DNA of 63,342 nt, filler included, from Circinaria calcarea (lineage: Eukaryota): assembly GCA_051942165.1 (NCBI GenBank). It is 39 parts of 39 records of this genome, joined end to end, with 100 filler letters (N's around TTAATTAATTAA, not from the genome) between each part and the next. Parts side by side here need not be neighbours in the genome. Positions count along the whole stretch, not along the records: positions 50,500 to 52,018 come from JAVECS010004593.1; positions 52,119 to 53,637 come from JAVECS010004594.1; positions 53,738 to 55,255 come from JAVECS010004595.1; positions 55,356 to 56,873 come from JAVECS010004596.1; positions 56,974 to 58,491 come from JAVECS010004597.1; positions 58,592 to 60,108 come from JAVECS010004598.1; positions 60,209 to 61,725 come from JAVECS010004599.1; positions 61,826 to 63,342 come from JAVECS010004600.1; 31 more parts are not named here. One strand, written 5' to 3'. Of this stretch, positions 51,400 to 63,342 are shown in pieces. Position 1 is the first letter of the stretch. Each line of letters opens with the position of its first letter. A program made the position numbers and the translations under genes. Below the pieces are notes generated by a model. The model worked only from the letters and a program-made list of their open reading frames with translations, searched no databases and was not told the origin of the DNA.

Positions 51400-52118
51400 A
51401 TTATGAAGATGTGTGAATGAGTGAATGAGGCTGGGGGTATGGGTACTGGTGGGGATATACGGATTATAATAATGATACAAGGAGGCAGAGTCCTCCTGTA
51501 TACGAGGCTCCTTTTAACAGTAACGTTTAGTGTCTTAACTCTCCGCTTGGCCAGATATTTTTAATACATTGTTCGTTCCTTCGGTAGCAGGATTCCACAA
51601 CGGAAGATTATCCGGGGTGAAATAATTATTTTTTAGTGTTGTACACATCTTCGGACGCAAAGACCACAGTGGCAGAAAATACATTTCCTCCCTCACCAGT
51701 ATAGAAATCTTCAAGACCAGTAGCCGCCTCCCATGGCCTTCAATAGCCAAGGCAACATTATGTCCAACCGAATCTACACCGGAGGCAGTAGCTACTCTAC
51801 CTTCGATGGCATACCAGTATCCTATTCCCCCCTTCTCCAGTCCCTAAACCCAATCTCCATTCCTTTTATGCTTCTCACCGCCATAATTCATCCGTGCCTG
51901 CCTCCTTCCTACTGATTCTATGTGTGTATGGAATCACGCAGCTATCTTCCCTCGCGGGATAGCGTGAGAGCAAAATAGTCGAGATTACCTACGTGAAGGG
52001 CAGAATAGAATGACTGGGNNNNNNNNNNNNNNNNNNNNNNNNNNNNNNNNNNNNNNNNNNNNTTAATTAATTAANNNNNNNNNNNNNNNNNNNNNNNNNN
52101 NNNNNNNNNNNNNNNNNN

Positions 52119-52457
52119 ATGGGATGATTTCGTTCCCGCTTTGAATGCAAAGAACGTTTGTATGATCCCGCACTGTTTGACAGAGAAGTGTGAGGATGAG
52201 ATCAAAGACTTGAGTGCTAGGAGAGATGTTGGAGATGACACACCCGATGATGCGAAGGCACCGAGCATGGGAGCCAAGAGCTTATGTATTCCATTTGAGC
52301 AGCCGGAGGGGATTGTGAAAGGGGAGACAAAGTGCACGAATCCGAATTGTGGCAACATGGCGGAGAAATGGTGTCTTTTTGGACGTGAGTGCACTCCCTA
52401 TCCTTGCGAGTTGAAGCAGATGGGAAATGGGCTGACGTCAGTACAGGAAGTTATTGA
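52119..52457 (+). CDS. Cytoplasmic prolyl-tRNA synthetase, C-terminal end; intron 52385-52446
   Basis: CEDEIK...APSMGAKSLCIPFEQP...C..P.C...A.KWCLFGR | SY*. Confidence 0.95.
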
Positions 52458-53450
52458 TATACCATGGCTACGAAAATGCAGAAGAGAATGTCGTGATCCC
52501 TCCGTAAACTTCCTTAGTTTTAAGGAGAATTCGTCTGGACGATAAGATGACTTCGACGATGATATGGCCGAATGATAGGCGTGAAAGTATTTGCAAAGGA
52601 CTTTCATATGTCGGTTCTCCTGAGTCGCATAGACTCTTCCATACGTCCAGATCCTTCCGTTGCATTTGTAGATCAATACCATAATACGATTGTCTTCCCC
52701 CTGCGTATTGCTGTGACTTCTTCCCGTGAACCCTTGCTTCCCTATGTAGCCGGAAGAGCCATACAAAAGCCAGAAAATTTACTATCAAACGCCCAAGACC
52801 AACATTGCAATATGGCATGTGGCGCATTGAGACTTGTTTAGGGGGCTGGAATGAACTTCACGGCCTCAAAATCACGTAACTAGCAAGCTAATTTCCAGTA
52901 GTCTTTATCTCCACAAAAAGGGAGGTGCTCTGACCCAGAAAATCCGCCTTAGGGCAGGGTAGATCTCGAGGCGTGGACTGCGTCAACCTTCTTTAACGTG
53001 ATTGCAAGGGAAACAGATGCTAGCGGGAGTTTTCCAAATGATTGCAGCAAGCCCAGATCACACTGTAAATTTGTAGAAGAAAAAGGGATTAATGTCACCC
53101 GTCCATTTTCACTTTTCACTAGATCTGATAAATTGGTTTACGTATGCAGGGGTAAACCAATATCGTGCTACCAACTGCTTCTCCTGTGACTACAGTACGT
53201 CCACACGGCCGGAGTGGTGTTCGCAACAACCTATTAGATCATCTTAGAGTAAGTCGTAAAGATAGGGGTTGCCAGTGATAGGAGTCATAGAATAGAGCTA
53301 GGCAATCAGTGTCTCGTGAACCGTATAGTCATACGCCGGCTAAATCTGCAACCCCGTTAAGCGAAAGCTCGGTGCGAGTTAAACGCCGAACGCGCGGAAA
53401 TTCAAAATAAACGCAATATCAAAAAGTAATATTTTGACCCCCTGGATTTC

Positions 53451-53540
53451 TGACCGTCCGGCGGATCGAACCCTAGACCTTTGGTTTGCAAAAAACAAGG
53501 GCAAAAAGACGGGACCTTATCCCCGCTGATGAGCTAGATC
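53451..53540 (-). other. tRNA-like Pol III promoter remnant (pseudo-tRNA or SINE head)
   Basis: A-box-like TAGCTCATCAGCGG (53536-53523) and B-box GGTTCGATCC (53472-53463). No convincing acceptor stem. Confidence 0.35.
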
Positions 53541-54892
53541 TGTTGCCTTGTTCTCACCGCAGCACACCAACAACTCTAGGCCCCGACAGGGATTGCGTCG
53601 AAACCCCGGCAACAGGGTTTAAACGATGGTTAGCGGCNNNNNNNNNNNNNNNNNNNNNNNNNNNNNNNNNNNNNNNNNNNNTTAATTAATTAANNNNNNN
53701 NNNNNNNNNNNNNNNNNNNNNNNNNNNNNNNNNNNNNGGTTGTGGATTTTGCGAAAAGGGGAAAGCGGGGACGGGGAGTGAAGAGGTTGAGGTGGGGTTG
53801 AATGGTGAGAAGGGGATCGAAAGGGGTAATATGGTAGGTATGGATTCGAAGAGAAAACGGAGACGAGAATTGTGTATACCAAGGCGACAGATTCAACTTG
53901 GATTCGCAATGTACAAGACACACAGCCACAGGCACAGACACAGACGCAGACACGTGACTTTTCAATTCAACAACTTGCCATTGCCATTGCCACTGTCACT
54001 GCTATCTCATTCTCATTTCTCATTCATCCCTCTCCATTCTCCCTTTGCCTATGCATCTGCATCTATATCTGCATCTGCAGTTTACCTAAAAAAACATTTC
54101 CAACTCAACTCTTACTATCTAGAGTACCCTACCTTATTCATATCCCCTTTCCCCTTGTCTTTCCCCTTGTCTTCTCATCCCATCCCATCGCATCTATCTC
54201 TCCCCCGGCTCACCTCCCGGCTCACCCCCGGCTCAAACCAAAATAAAACCACAAAAAAAACCAAAAATAAAAACTAAAAAGCAAACGACATCGTTTCCTT
54301 TTTCTTTTTCTGTCCTTTTCGGATTTTCCGTTTCCTTTGAATCTTCCACTTAATAGATTGCTGAGGTTGGGACTGGAGGTTGGCTAGATGTAGATAGGCT
54401 GATGTTGGAGGTTTGGAGGTTGGGACTGAGATTGGGACTGGGAGAGGACGAGGACGAGGTAAGGGCGATGGCGATGGCCACGGGGAAGGCGAGGGCCACG
54501 GGGAAGGCGAGGGCCAGGGCGATGGCGATGGTTACGTAGTGGTGGGTCATGTGCCGGTTAGTTACGTAGAGTTACTGTGGATAGCTAGCTGGTTTTGTTA
54601 TCCTTTTGCCTAGCTAGTAGCGCTAGGGCTTGGGATTTCTTTCGAGGATTCAAGTGGTTGTTAGGGAAAAGGGAAGGGAAGGGGGCCTTGGGGGGAAAGA
54701 AATGCAAAATGCAAAATGTACAAGTCCACGTTTTAGGTTCGGGTAGTCTATCCCCTAGGTATGATATGATATCGTTACAACAAACCAGAAATGTTCCTTC
54801 CTTCTCTGTCTCCGTCCCTTTTTCCCCGTACCCGTACTCCATGCTCCATGCTCCATGTCCTATTCTCCTCCTTTTTCCAAACCCAACCGAGA

Positions 54893-55255
54893 TTACTCCC
54901 TCTTCCACGCTTCGAATTCCTCGTCTAAATGCTCTTTTAGCCTGGCGAATTTATTCCCGAAATTCCGGCTGCAGCGCCAGCATTTGAGGTCCGCTTTTAG
55001 GCAGTGGGCTAGGTACCTTGCTCTTTTTGAGTTTACTTCCTCGGTCCCGCCTTGCCGTCTACTTTCCCTGTCCCTCCCGCTCAGCCACCCACCCACCCGG
55101 GGATCTCCTTCCGCTAATGGGAATTCTTCCAGTCGAATCAGAAATGGCGTCGCGAAGCTGTTGTAATGTTTCCGGTGCTTCATGCAGGGGCTGTATCTGT
55201 CGACGGAAAGAATGTGGATATGGAGATGGTTCATCGAAGGACCAGCGTGGATACC
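54893..55255 (-). CDS. HNT3: Aprataxin-like DNA 5'-deadenylase, C-terminal part
   Basis: GIHAGPSMNHLHIHILS (HIT motif), KHYNSFATPF, LKCWRC..NFGNKFARLKEHL.EEF. Confidence 0.93.
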   Translation of the reverse strand, partial: GIHAGPSMNHLHIHILSVDRYSPCMKHRKHYNSFATPFLIRLEEFPLAEGDPRVGGWLSGRDRESRRQGGTEEVNSKRARYLAHCLKADLKCWRCSRNFGNKFARLKEHLDEEFEAWKRE

Positions 55256-55355
55256 NNNNNNNNNNNNNNNNNNNNNNNNNNNNNNNNNNNNNNNNNNNNT
55301 TAATTAATTAANNNNNNNNNNNNNNNNNNNNNNNNNNNNNNNNNNNNNNNNNNNN

Positions 55356-56873
55356 ATATAAAGTATTATATAGAGCTTTTTTTATTAAATATTAATTCTT
55401 TCGATTCTATCTGCATTATTAATAGCTATATTAAATATAAATTTATTAATTCGATATATCGAGTTTTATTATTATATCGATTTAAAAACTCGCTGAATTA
55501 ATACCGAATATCAGCCGTTTAATATTATTTTTAAAATTTATATATAATAAATTAAAAATATAAATATATAAAAAATAAACGTTCTCAGCTCGGAGGAATT
55601 ATATAAATTTATATATTATATGTCGAACTTGGCACCATACACGTGACCTCGCAGGTCTCAGACCCGGGAGTTCGTTACACCGATTCCACTTCGCGTGTTA
55701 TTAGCGCGCTATTACACACACAAAAGCGTTGTTTTTCTCTCCATAGAACCATAGACAATTCATACTTTGCATAGCGTGCAATAACCACACGAATTGATCT
55801 CACTTCAACACCATAAACTGCTCTGAGTGACTCCAAAAGTTCAACATTATTATAATTTATTATAGATAGTATTTAAATTTAAAATTCGCGCTTGCACGAG
55901 TATCTATACAGCGTATTAATTTAATCAAATTAAATTCGAATACTTTATATTCGAATTAATTAATATTTATTTTACAACGCAATTCTCATGTGAGGTGCGT
56001 ATCTTATAGTTTTAATTCAGTATTAATTAATGCCGTCAAAATTATAGAAATCCGTCGAAGATTGATAATTATATTTAATTGCGGGAATTGGGTGTTGCGC
56101 AGCGAAAGTATGGAGGAGAGATGCAGGCGATAATAACTATAATCACCGCTCATATACTATGCACGCCATGCATTCAATGCGCCACCACTATAAATTTTTT
56201 ATTCGAAGTGCATTAGAAAGCGCTGCTTTTGAGCATTCCAACGCACTTTGAATTTTGAAAATTGGGCATGAATTGCATACGTAGTGCGCTTTCCACCCCA
56301 TACTAAATTCCCCACACTATGCATCTCTATGCGCCACCGATGAAAATTGGCAAATTTTGCAGCGTTGAATTGCGCCGAATCAGGCGATTCAAATAAACTT
56401 CCATTTGCAAAATTCGGCTGTGAATTGCATATGGAATTGTAGTATGAGAATATGCGCCGGATGCCGCACTTTTGTACGCGAAACATACTCGAATCATGCG
56501 CCCATTAACTTAAGAAATACCAATCTCTAGCTCAATAATTTCAGCCCGCTAAACCCCATACCCTTTATCTCCTTCTATATATATTCTACCACGCGCCTAA
56601 AAATTCTCTTCCCTTTATCGCAAGCATTATTCTTAAAATATTATACCAGCCCGCTTATAATCGAGAATTATTTAATCGTTTTTTTTTTATTCTCTTTATT
56701 AATTAAAGCACGCGGGTAATAAAATAATATCTTATCGGATATTAATAAAAATAAAAATATAAATATTTAAACGTGAACGCTTAATAATAAATATTATTAA
56801 AATATATTTTATTTAAATTTATAAATATAAAACGGAGGGCAGAAAAAATATTTTTAATAATTATTTTAAATAC
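55356..56873. repeat. AT-rich degenerate repeat or transposon remnant with RIP-like composition
   Basis: Both ends are extremely TpA-rich. An internal segment at about 56160-56280 resembles the 222-bp repeat at 19119-19513. Confidence 0.55.
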
Positions 56874-57046
56874 NNNNNNNNNNNNNNNNNNNNNNNNNNN
56901 NNNNNNNNNNNNNNNNNTTAATTAATTAANNNNNNNNNNNNNNNNNNNNNNNNNNNNNNNNNNNNNNNNNNNNAAATTTCGTATTCGCATTTCGTGGTAT
57001 CAACAGATTTTGTACCTTCATCTTACATACACAACCCAGCAGTCCC

Positions 57047-58186
57047 TTAGATCACCATCGCCACGCCGATGGCACCACCTAACACGCCGATAGCTTCCCA
57101 TCCCCAGCCTCTCGACTTCGGCGCCAATCCAATCTGCAGACCAGGCGAGCCGCGGGGTGTCCCGCTCGGAGCTCCCACTCCAGCAGTACCACTTGGCGTA
57201 ACAACGCCATTCTCGGTGGCTTGTATGACCGTCACAGCAGTGATAGTCGATTGGGCTCCATTGCCAAGTGTCGTTGTCTGTAGTATAAAGCTTGTTTGTG
57301 ATCTTGGAGAGGCGGGGGTTGTAGCCCTTGTAACAACGTTCGAGGTTACGGATGGCGCATTGGTAGCCGCAGCACCAGATTGGCCAGAAAGAGTTATCAC
57401 ACCACCATCGATGGTGGTAACGATCGTGACTCCGGCGGCGTTGGTAGTTGTAATGACAGCCCCCGGAGTAAGGGTACTTGCAAACATGGAACCGACAGAA
57501 TCGGTGACTGAGATGACTGCACCTGGAGTAAGAGATACAGAGCTAGCCAGACTGACAGGTCCAGGCCCTAAAGGTACAGAAGGTGTGTCACTGGAGACGA
57601 CTCCGGCAGCACTCGACTCAGCGCCGACAGTGCTCGTCACAAGCACCGTTGTTGCGGATGTCGACACGGTCACGACCACGACACTGGAGGGATCTACAAC
57701 CACCGTTGTGTCCGTTCCTGGTACTGCACTCGGCGTGGCTTCGGGAGCACTACTCGAGCCAGGCCCTACAGGAGTTGGCACAGCTGTTGTTTCGACCGTT
57801 GGAGTGGTGACTATGGATTCGGTAATGGGGATTGTGGTAATGGAGGCCGCCGTAGTAACAACCACACTTGAGCCATTGCCTGGGTTTTGCCGTTTGGCCA
57901 GTGAGGCGATCTTCGTTGCTAGCGATGCATCTTCGCGATGGACTGCTTCCACCGCTGTTCGATCCTCCTTGAAGATGCCATGTTCAAATTTCTTCGGCGA
58001 GTGTTCGTGAAGGGCGGCATGGAGAGCTGGAGGGTCAACTTGGTCGAGGAGCCTTTGGAAAGCCTCCAAGTCCGCAAGCGCCTCTTTGTCTCTCTCCCTC
58101 TCCAGATACGAAGGTTCTGCAATGACAAGCGCCGAGAGACGTGCGAGGAAGAGAGAGATTAACAAAAGGGAGCGAAAGGAAGGCAT
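57047..58186 (-). CDS. Complete secreted Ser/Thr-rich, probably GPI-anchored cell-wall protein (379 aa)
   Basis: Signal peptide, charged N-domain ending in a Kex2-like site LAKR, long S/T/V/G stalk, hydrophobic C-terminus. Confidence 0.88.
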   Translation of the reverse strand: MPSFRSLLLISLFLARLSALVIAEPSYLERERDKEALADLEAFQRLLDQVDPPALHAALHEHSPKKFEHGIFKEDRTAVEAVHREDASLATKIASLAKRQNPGNGSSVVVTTAASITTIPITESIVTTPTVETTAVPTPVGPGSSSAPEATPSAVPGTDTTVVVDPSSVVVVTVSTSATTVLVTSTVGAESSAAGVVSSDTPSVPLGPGPVSLASSVSLTPGAVISVTDSVGSMFASTLTPGAVITTTNAAGVTIVTTIDGGVITLSGQSGAAATNAPSVTSNVVTRATTPASPRSQTSFILQTTTLGNGAQSTITAVTVIQATENGVVTPSGTAGVGAPSGTPRGSPGLQIGLAPKSRGWGWEAIGVLGGAIGVAMVI

Positions 58187-59698
58187 CGTGATTGTTGACC
58201 GGTGGTAGAGAAACGAGTGACAGAGTGAGTTCTGTCTCGACAGTGTCAGTACATGTCAATCCGTCACGCGTCTCTCGTCAAGAATGAACTTGTGAGATTT
58301 ACCTGGTGGTTGATTGCTGCGGCTCAACAAAGCCCAAAGCGCAGCCAAGCAAAGAGCTGAGCTCGGATCTACTTCTCCAATACGCGCAACTGCTCACGCC
58401 TCTCAGCACCAGCGAGATATGGTGATGGCTGGAATTCAATACGGGTATGAATGATTGTAGTGTCGTTGGTAGCCACAAGAAACGAGGGAATNNNNNNNNN
58501 NNNNNNNNNNNNNNNNNNNNNNNNNNNNNNNNNNNTTAATTAATTAANNNNNNNNNNNNNNNNNNNNNNNNNNNNNNNNNNNNNNNNNNNNCTCCTACCC
58601 CCACCCCGATTCACTTTCCCTTACCCTTAGGCCTTTACACCTTACCCACCATGGTCGTCATGACCGCCATCCTGAACCTCAACCCTTAAGGTACCCGATG
58701 TTGCTTCAATTTATGTCCCTCTAGGTGAGAGATGGAACCAGGTGAGATTGGATCGAATGGGGATACAATTTCGGCGATGGCGGATTGGGCAGTTCCTACA
58801 GTTTGTAAGATGATGATTAGGAATCGTAAAGACGAGGAATCTGGGTGTGTGAAGAAAAGGATATTCGAACAAGAGTGGAAATATATTTTTTGGAAAGTGG
58901 GGAGAAGCTATTTCTAACGATTTAGGGGAGAAAAAGGCAGGAAAAGAATGGAAAAGGGGGGGGGGGAAGAAAGGTGTCGACCGATAGCACGTGGCGTGGG
59001 GCCCCCCGGGCATAAGTCGCAGCACTCGCTTGGAAGGATCCGAGGGATTATGGGGAGATAGAAGGTCTGAGGATGGCGCCTTAGGCTTGAAATTGAAATT
59101 GGGGTATTGGGGGAGAGGGTAGGGAAGGAGAAAGGAGGAGCTCCGGGGGCCTCGGATGGGCGGACGGAGGAATGCTGGGGGAAGAAAAGGGAGAAATCGG
59201 GAATGGTGGTTTTTCCGCCAAAGGATTACCCCTTAATTAGTTCGGCTCGATTGGGAGAGCGGGGCGTGCTGAGTGAATGGGTCATGAAGGCGTCTGGTAG
59301 GATGTTCACGTATCGCGTGGCGTGGCGTGGCGGTAGAATCGGAATTCGATTCTTAGATCATGTGGCGAGTAGCTGTTTTCAACGGTAGGGGGGTTTATGG
59401 AGATTTTGTGAGGGGAGGTTTTCTCCGTCATTTGCATGCGCGTGGTTTTGTATATGCTCCACCTTCTGAGCCCCCGCCTCTTTTGTTCGTGGATGGATCA
59501 ATGGGGATGTTCATGAACGGGGGAAGGAAGAAGAAGAAGAAGAAATTTAGATTTCGGAGCTGGAAAGGGAGAAATCGGAAAATTGATTCGTCGTCTCACG
59601 TGGGGTACCATAAAGAGATTTTGCAACTATTTCCCTGTCACTCCAATGGTCCCTGAAATATAAAGAAGAGCTCGTTGCTTAACCTCGCCTTCCTTAAT

Positions 59699-60108
59699 CT
59701 AGCTCACTGCCCTCGGCTCCCCTGTCAATCCGATCCCTCTCCCATCCCCCAACTCCGTACCCAAAAACCTCCCCATAGCTTCCACTGCCCACTGTCGATC
59801 TAACCCCTTCTCTCCCGCCTCCCGAACCCCTCGCCCCATCCGGCCCACATACTCCTGCCTCGGCTTGCTTTCCACCGTCCTCAAGCGATCGACGTAAACC
59901 AACACCGACCTAGTCTGCGGCTCGGTGCCTGGGACAGTGGTGCGGATCTGAACGGCATGGTATTCCTTCGTGTAAGCGTGGGGCACGCCTTCGTAGAGAT
60001 CGAGCTGCGCTTCGTCGGTGGGGGTGAGGCTGTAGACGAGGCCCCAGACGCCCTCCTCCCCTTGGTTTTTCTTGCCCTCTCCCTCTCTCTCCCCCTCCCC
60101 TTCCTTCC
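59699..60108 (-). CDS. Gamma-glutamylcyclotransferase (GGCT/AIG2-like), 5' partial
   Basis: VWGLVYSLTPTDEAQLDLYEGVP.AY.K...LVYVD...PRQEYV.RM..GV. Confidence 0.85.
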
Positions 60109-60208
60109 NNNNNNNNNNNNNNNNNNNNNNNNNNNNNNNNNNNNNNNNNNNNTTAATTAATTAANNNNNNNNNNNNNNNNNNNNNNNNNNNNNNNNNNNN
60201 NNNNNNNN

Positions 60209-60763
60209 CCAATCCCAGCATCGAGAAATCCCTCGCTCGACCAGACATCTCGGATGCCTGGCGGGATGCCCTGAGGTACAAGGCAGGTTAGTACGTGGCC
60301 CAACCCCCCCCCCCCCACCCGTGAAAATGCTCTAGGTCCATCTACGTCAACTCAAGGTATCCTCCAGCCATGCCCAGACACTCCTCCACGCGCTCGACGA
60401 GGAGCCCGTTCAACGCGCCGAGGCGCAGGCGACGTGTTTCCTCGTAAGCCTCCGCCGGCAGTACTCTCTGCACCGAAAGGACGCCCGCGGCCCCTGGATT
60501 TTCGGTAACGCAGTGGGCGCGACGGCTCTAGACGCCCACACGGTCCCTTTCGTCGTACGCCTTGTCGATGCCGGTTGCACCGACCTGGTTCCCGAGGATG
60601 TCCGCCAGTACGCGGAGAGGGCCATGGCCGGACCGAAGCGGCAGGGGTCACGAAGGGGAGACCGACAATGTTCGAGGTGCGGCTGGAACGGATGAGGGAG
60701 AGGTATGGGGCCGAAGGGACGCCGGAGCCGTTTGGGACACGGCTCGGAAGGCAAACACGATGA
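60209..60763 (+). pseudogene. Fungal glutathione S-transferase C-terminal-like protein fragment with an apparent frameshift
   Basis: PDISDAWRDALRYK | ...WIFGNAVGATALDAHTVPFVVRLVDAG..DLVPE.VRQYAERAM.GP, then GRPTM continues in another frame after the G run at about 60644-60647. Confidence 0.55.
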
Positions 60764-61226
60764 TTGATTGATGGCTGGACGGTTGAACTGCCAACTTCTT
60801 GAGGGCCGGTATTTTAATCTTCGAATTCTCTTGTAGATGCTTGAATCACGCTTGTACATTATGGATATAGTTTAGCTAGTTTGCTCTAGATTACTGTCGT
60901 GTAGACGGTGGGAGTATAATCATATACATCTATTCTTGATTATAAAGTGTATGTAGGATTTTCATCATAGACAATGAGCTCGGATTTCTGAGATGGCCTA
61001 TTGTCGACGAAAAGAAATACATCCATGACCTTGTAATGGCGCATGCAGAGTACAGCCTACCTACCCACTAGAACCTTGGTCCTGTTTTCCCAAGGTCCCC
61101 TTTTTTTGGGAAACCAGTAGATAGATGATGAGAGCTACTTTGTATGCCCCCTTGCAACTTCTATCCGAATTCTCTTTCCCTGCCTTTCAACCCCCCCGCC
61201 GGCCCCAATTTCTCCATCCTGTTCCT

Positions 61227-61725
61227 CTAAAACACGAGAAACCCGCGATACTCGCCTATGCCTTGCAGCCGCTCCCACTGCACCACCATCCGGTCGACCG
61301 CCCCGATTGCCACCAAGATCCTTCCTGTCAAGCTCAACCGCCGCACCCGCGCGAAGCTCTCGACGTAGAGAACGTGCATTTTCCCGCCCGTGCCGCGGAG
61401 GGCCAGGAAGCGGAGGGTCAGGGATGCGAGGACGAGGACCAAGGCGGTGCCGGGCCCGTTGGTGACGATGAGATCGGGGTAGGTGTGTTTGTCGGCCGGT
61501 GGGGTATTGGTGGAAAAGGGCGAGGGGGTCGGGGAGCGGAGCACTCGGAGGCAAGCGATGAAGCACCGCAGCGCCGACCAGGGTGTCGTGAGCAGGGACT
61601 GGTGGATCCGGCGCGCGCGGGGCACCTGGACGATGTCGTAGCTGCCGTAGGAGTGGGCGGACGCGGTGGCCTTGGCGTGGAGGGCGGTTTCAAAGTCGAG
61701 CGCGAGCTGGCGGCTGAAAGAGTCG
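61227..61725 (-). CDS. ALG14: UDP-GlcNAc transferase subunit Alg14, 5' partial
   Basis: VPRARRIHQSLLTTPWS, PDLIVTNGPGT, YVESFARVRRLSLTGRIL, VQW. Confidence 0.95.
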
Positions 61726-63212
61726 NNNNNNNNNNNNNNNNNNNNNNNNNNNNNNNNNNNNNNNNNNNNTTAATTAATTAANNNNNNNNNNNNNNNNNNN
61801 NNNNNNNNNNNNNNNNNNNNNNNNNCCTCTTCCCCGTTAGCTTCACCATTTCACAAGCATCCGTATCCGTATATCATAGGCCCCTTATTTTCACACGACA
61901 CCCCACCCCCTATTTCCTATGTTGATGTCCAAGAAACCCAAATCGAGGGCGCATGCCTCATGCCCCTGCCTCATGTTCTCCGCGTTCCGTTCTTTGTTCT
62001 TGGCCATGATGCTGTAGGGTCGCCCCTGGCCCTTTCCAGGTTAGGTAGGTAGCGCGGCCGCAATGCCGGAGCGGTTTTTTGCGTGCAAGCTCGGCTCTCT
62101 TTTGCTCGCCGCGCGGCGCTTTTTTTGCAAATGAAGGGACGGGGAGTGCCCAGTGTGGCCGCTGTGTTGTGATCTTTGGCTGACGGGTGCGAACGTTAAG
62201 TTTTACCGGTAGTTGTCAGTTCGGGGTTTGATTCCTTGGTAGGAGAGGTTTTTTTTTGCTGGGGGGAGGGGGTGCGCTGGGCTTTGGAAGCGGGTCAGAT
62301 TGGATGTGGGGTTTTGCTTTGGCTTTGGCTTTTACCTAGGGGCCTTTTGCGTCGGTGGAGGATAGGGGGGTTGGTGGTGAAAGGTAAATTGACAATGGTG
62401 AAGAGGAACATTGGGTTGAGTTTGAGGGAGAGTAAAGGGTTGAGGATGGGGATGGGCGGAAACGGAGGCTGCGCTGCGCTCAGCGCCGCGGGAAATAGAG
62501 AGAGACAAGTAGAGGTAGATGAAATAGATGCATAATGGAGGAAATGGTCTGCACCGCCTGCGGAGCGACGAGGCGATAGCAGTTCGATTCGAAGGAGGAA
62601 AAGGTGGAAGGAATGCTGGAACGGGAAGGGTAGGTCGAAATTGATTCGAGCTTTGTTTTGGATATCATAAATTGAATAAATACATCCTGACCGGGATAAC
62701 ATAAGTGGAGATCCATGGGAACGGGAGTTAGGAAAGCTCACGACCTAACCATAGCTATCGGGATTCGGGATATCTGTAGTCCAGTGCGGTGGAGAAGGAC
62801 CGTAGCAACCATTGACGATTGGTCGGTTTGTCGTTGGTTGGGAAACTTTTCTGGAATTGTTATCAACAGGCTTGAGCAAGGAGGGGAGAAGAGGGGGATT
62901 GTTGACTATTCTGCAAAACAACAAACGACATGGAGTTCGGAAGTGTCGTTTGTGTGCGAGAAGGATCAGGCATCTAGTCAATGAACAAGATGTAACATTC
63001 AAGTTGTGAATAGGATAGGAAAAGAATGAAACAGCCTACAGGTTGCCCAATAGTCCTCGTTAGAAATCGTGGATTCTGAGATTGCCATATTGAATATTGA
63101 AAATCAACCCTGGATCTGCCATGACGGGCCCCTTCTTCTTGCGTTCCTTCATCCTCCTAACAGGGACTAGGACCCTGTTCCACCCCCTATTCAACATCCG
63201 CCCATCCGCCGA

Positions 63213-63342
63213 TGAAGGTGAAGGTGAAGGTGAAGGTGAAGGTGAAGGTGAAGGTGAAGGTGAAGGTGAAGGTGAAGGTGAAGGTGAAGGTGAAGGTGAA
63301 GGTGAAGGTGAAGGTGAAGGTGAAGGTGAAGGTGAAGGTGAA
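63213..63342 (+). repeat. (GAAGGT)n hexanucleotide microsatellite
   Basis: Perfect array running to the window end. Confidence 0.95.

Noticed and set aside
57069..58010. 313-aa plus-strand ORF
   Set aside because: Antisense shadow of the Ser/Thr-rich gene on the minus strand.
1539..61825. Regularly spaced identical TTAATTAATTAA repeats as a CRISPR-like or biological array
   Set aside because: They are embedded in fixed N runs and are an assembly linker. ORFs ending in XXX..LIN are artefacts of it.
63213..63342. Terminal hexamer array as a telomere
   Set aside because: GAAGGT is not the TTAGGG/CCCTAA repeat typical of filamentous ascomycetes, and many contigs here break at microsatellites.

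Overview
This window is not a contiguous locus. It is 39 unplaced contigs of about 1.5 kb, sorted by decreasing length (1538 down to 1517 bp) and joined by an identical artificial 100-nt linker (N44-TTAATTAATTAA-N44, which has stops in all six frames). Gene neighbourhood across linkers therefore means nothing. The content is filamentous-ascomycete (Pezizomycotina) DNA, with short GT-AG introns, CTAAC/CTGAC-type branch sites, RIP-like AT-rich repeat remnants and many microsatellites. Recognisable and mostly partial genes include RPS4, MZT1, USO1, ALG14, HNT3/aprataxin, prolyl-tRNA synthetase, acid trehalase, Hsp20, a PAQR/IZH receptor, a PDR ABC transporter, an aspartic protease, a HET-domain protein, a GGCT and a type III PKS C-terminus. 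One contig is mitochondrial-type: cox1 exons plus a group I intron with a broken GIY-YIG ORF. Mobile elements are a LINE ORF1, three related solo LTRs (two with perfect 5-bp TSDs) and a hAT-like MITE. The best novelty candidate is a complete secreted protein gene (44051-45035) that joins two Cys-rich repeats to a bacterial-like (DUF3238-like) domain. A small secreted pre-pro-peptide (16355-16615) is a second candidate. All family assignments are from motif recognition, not database searches.
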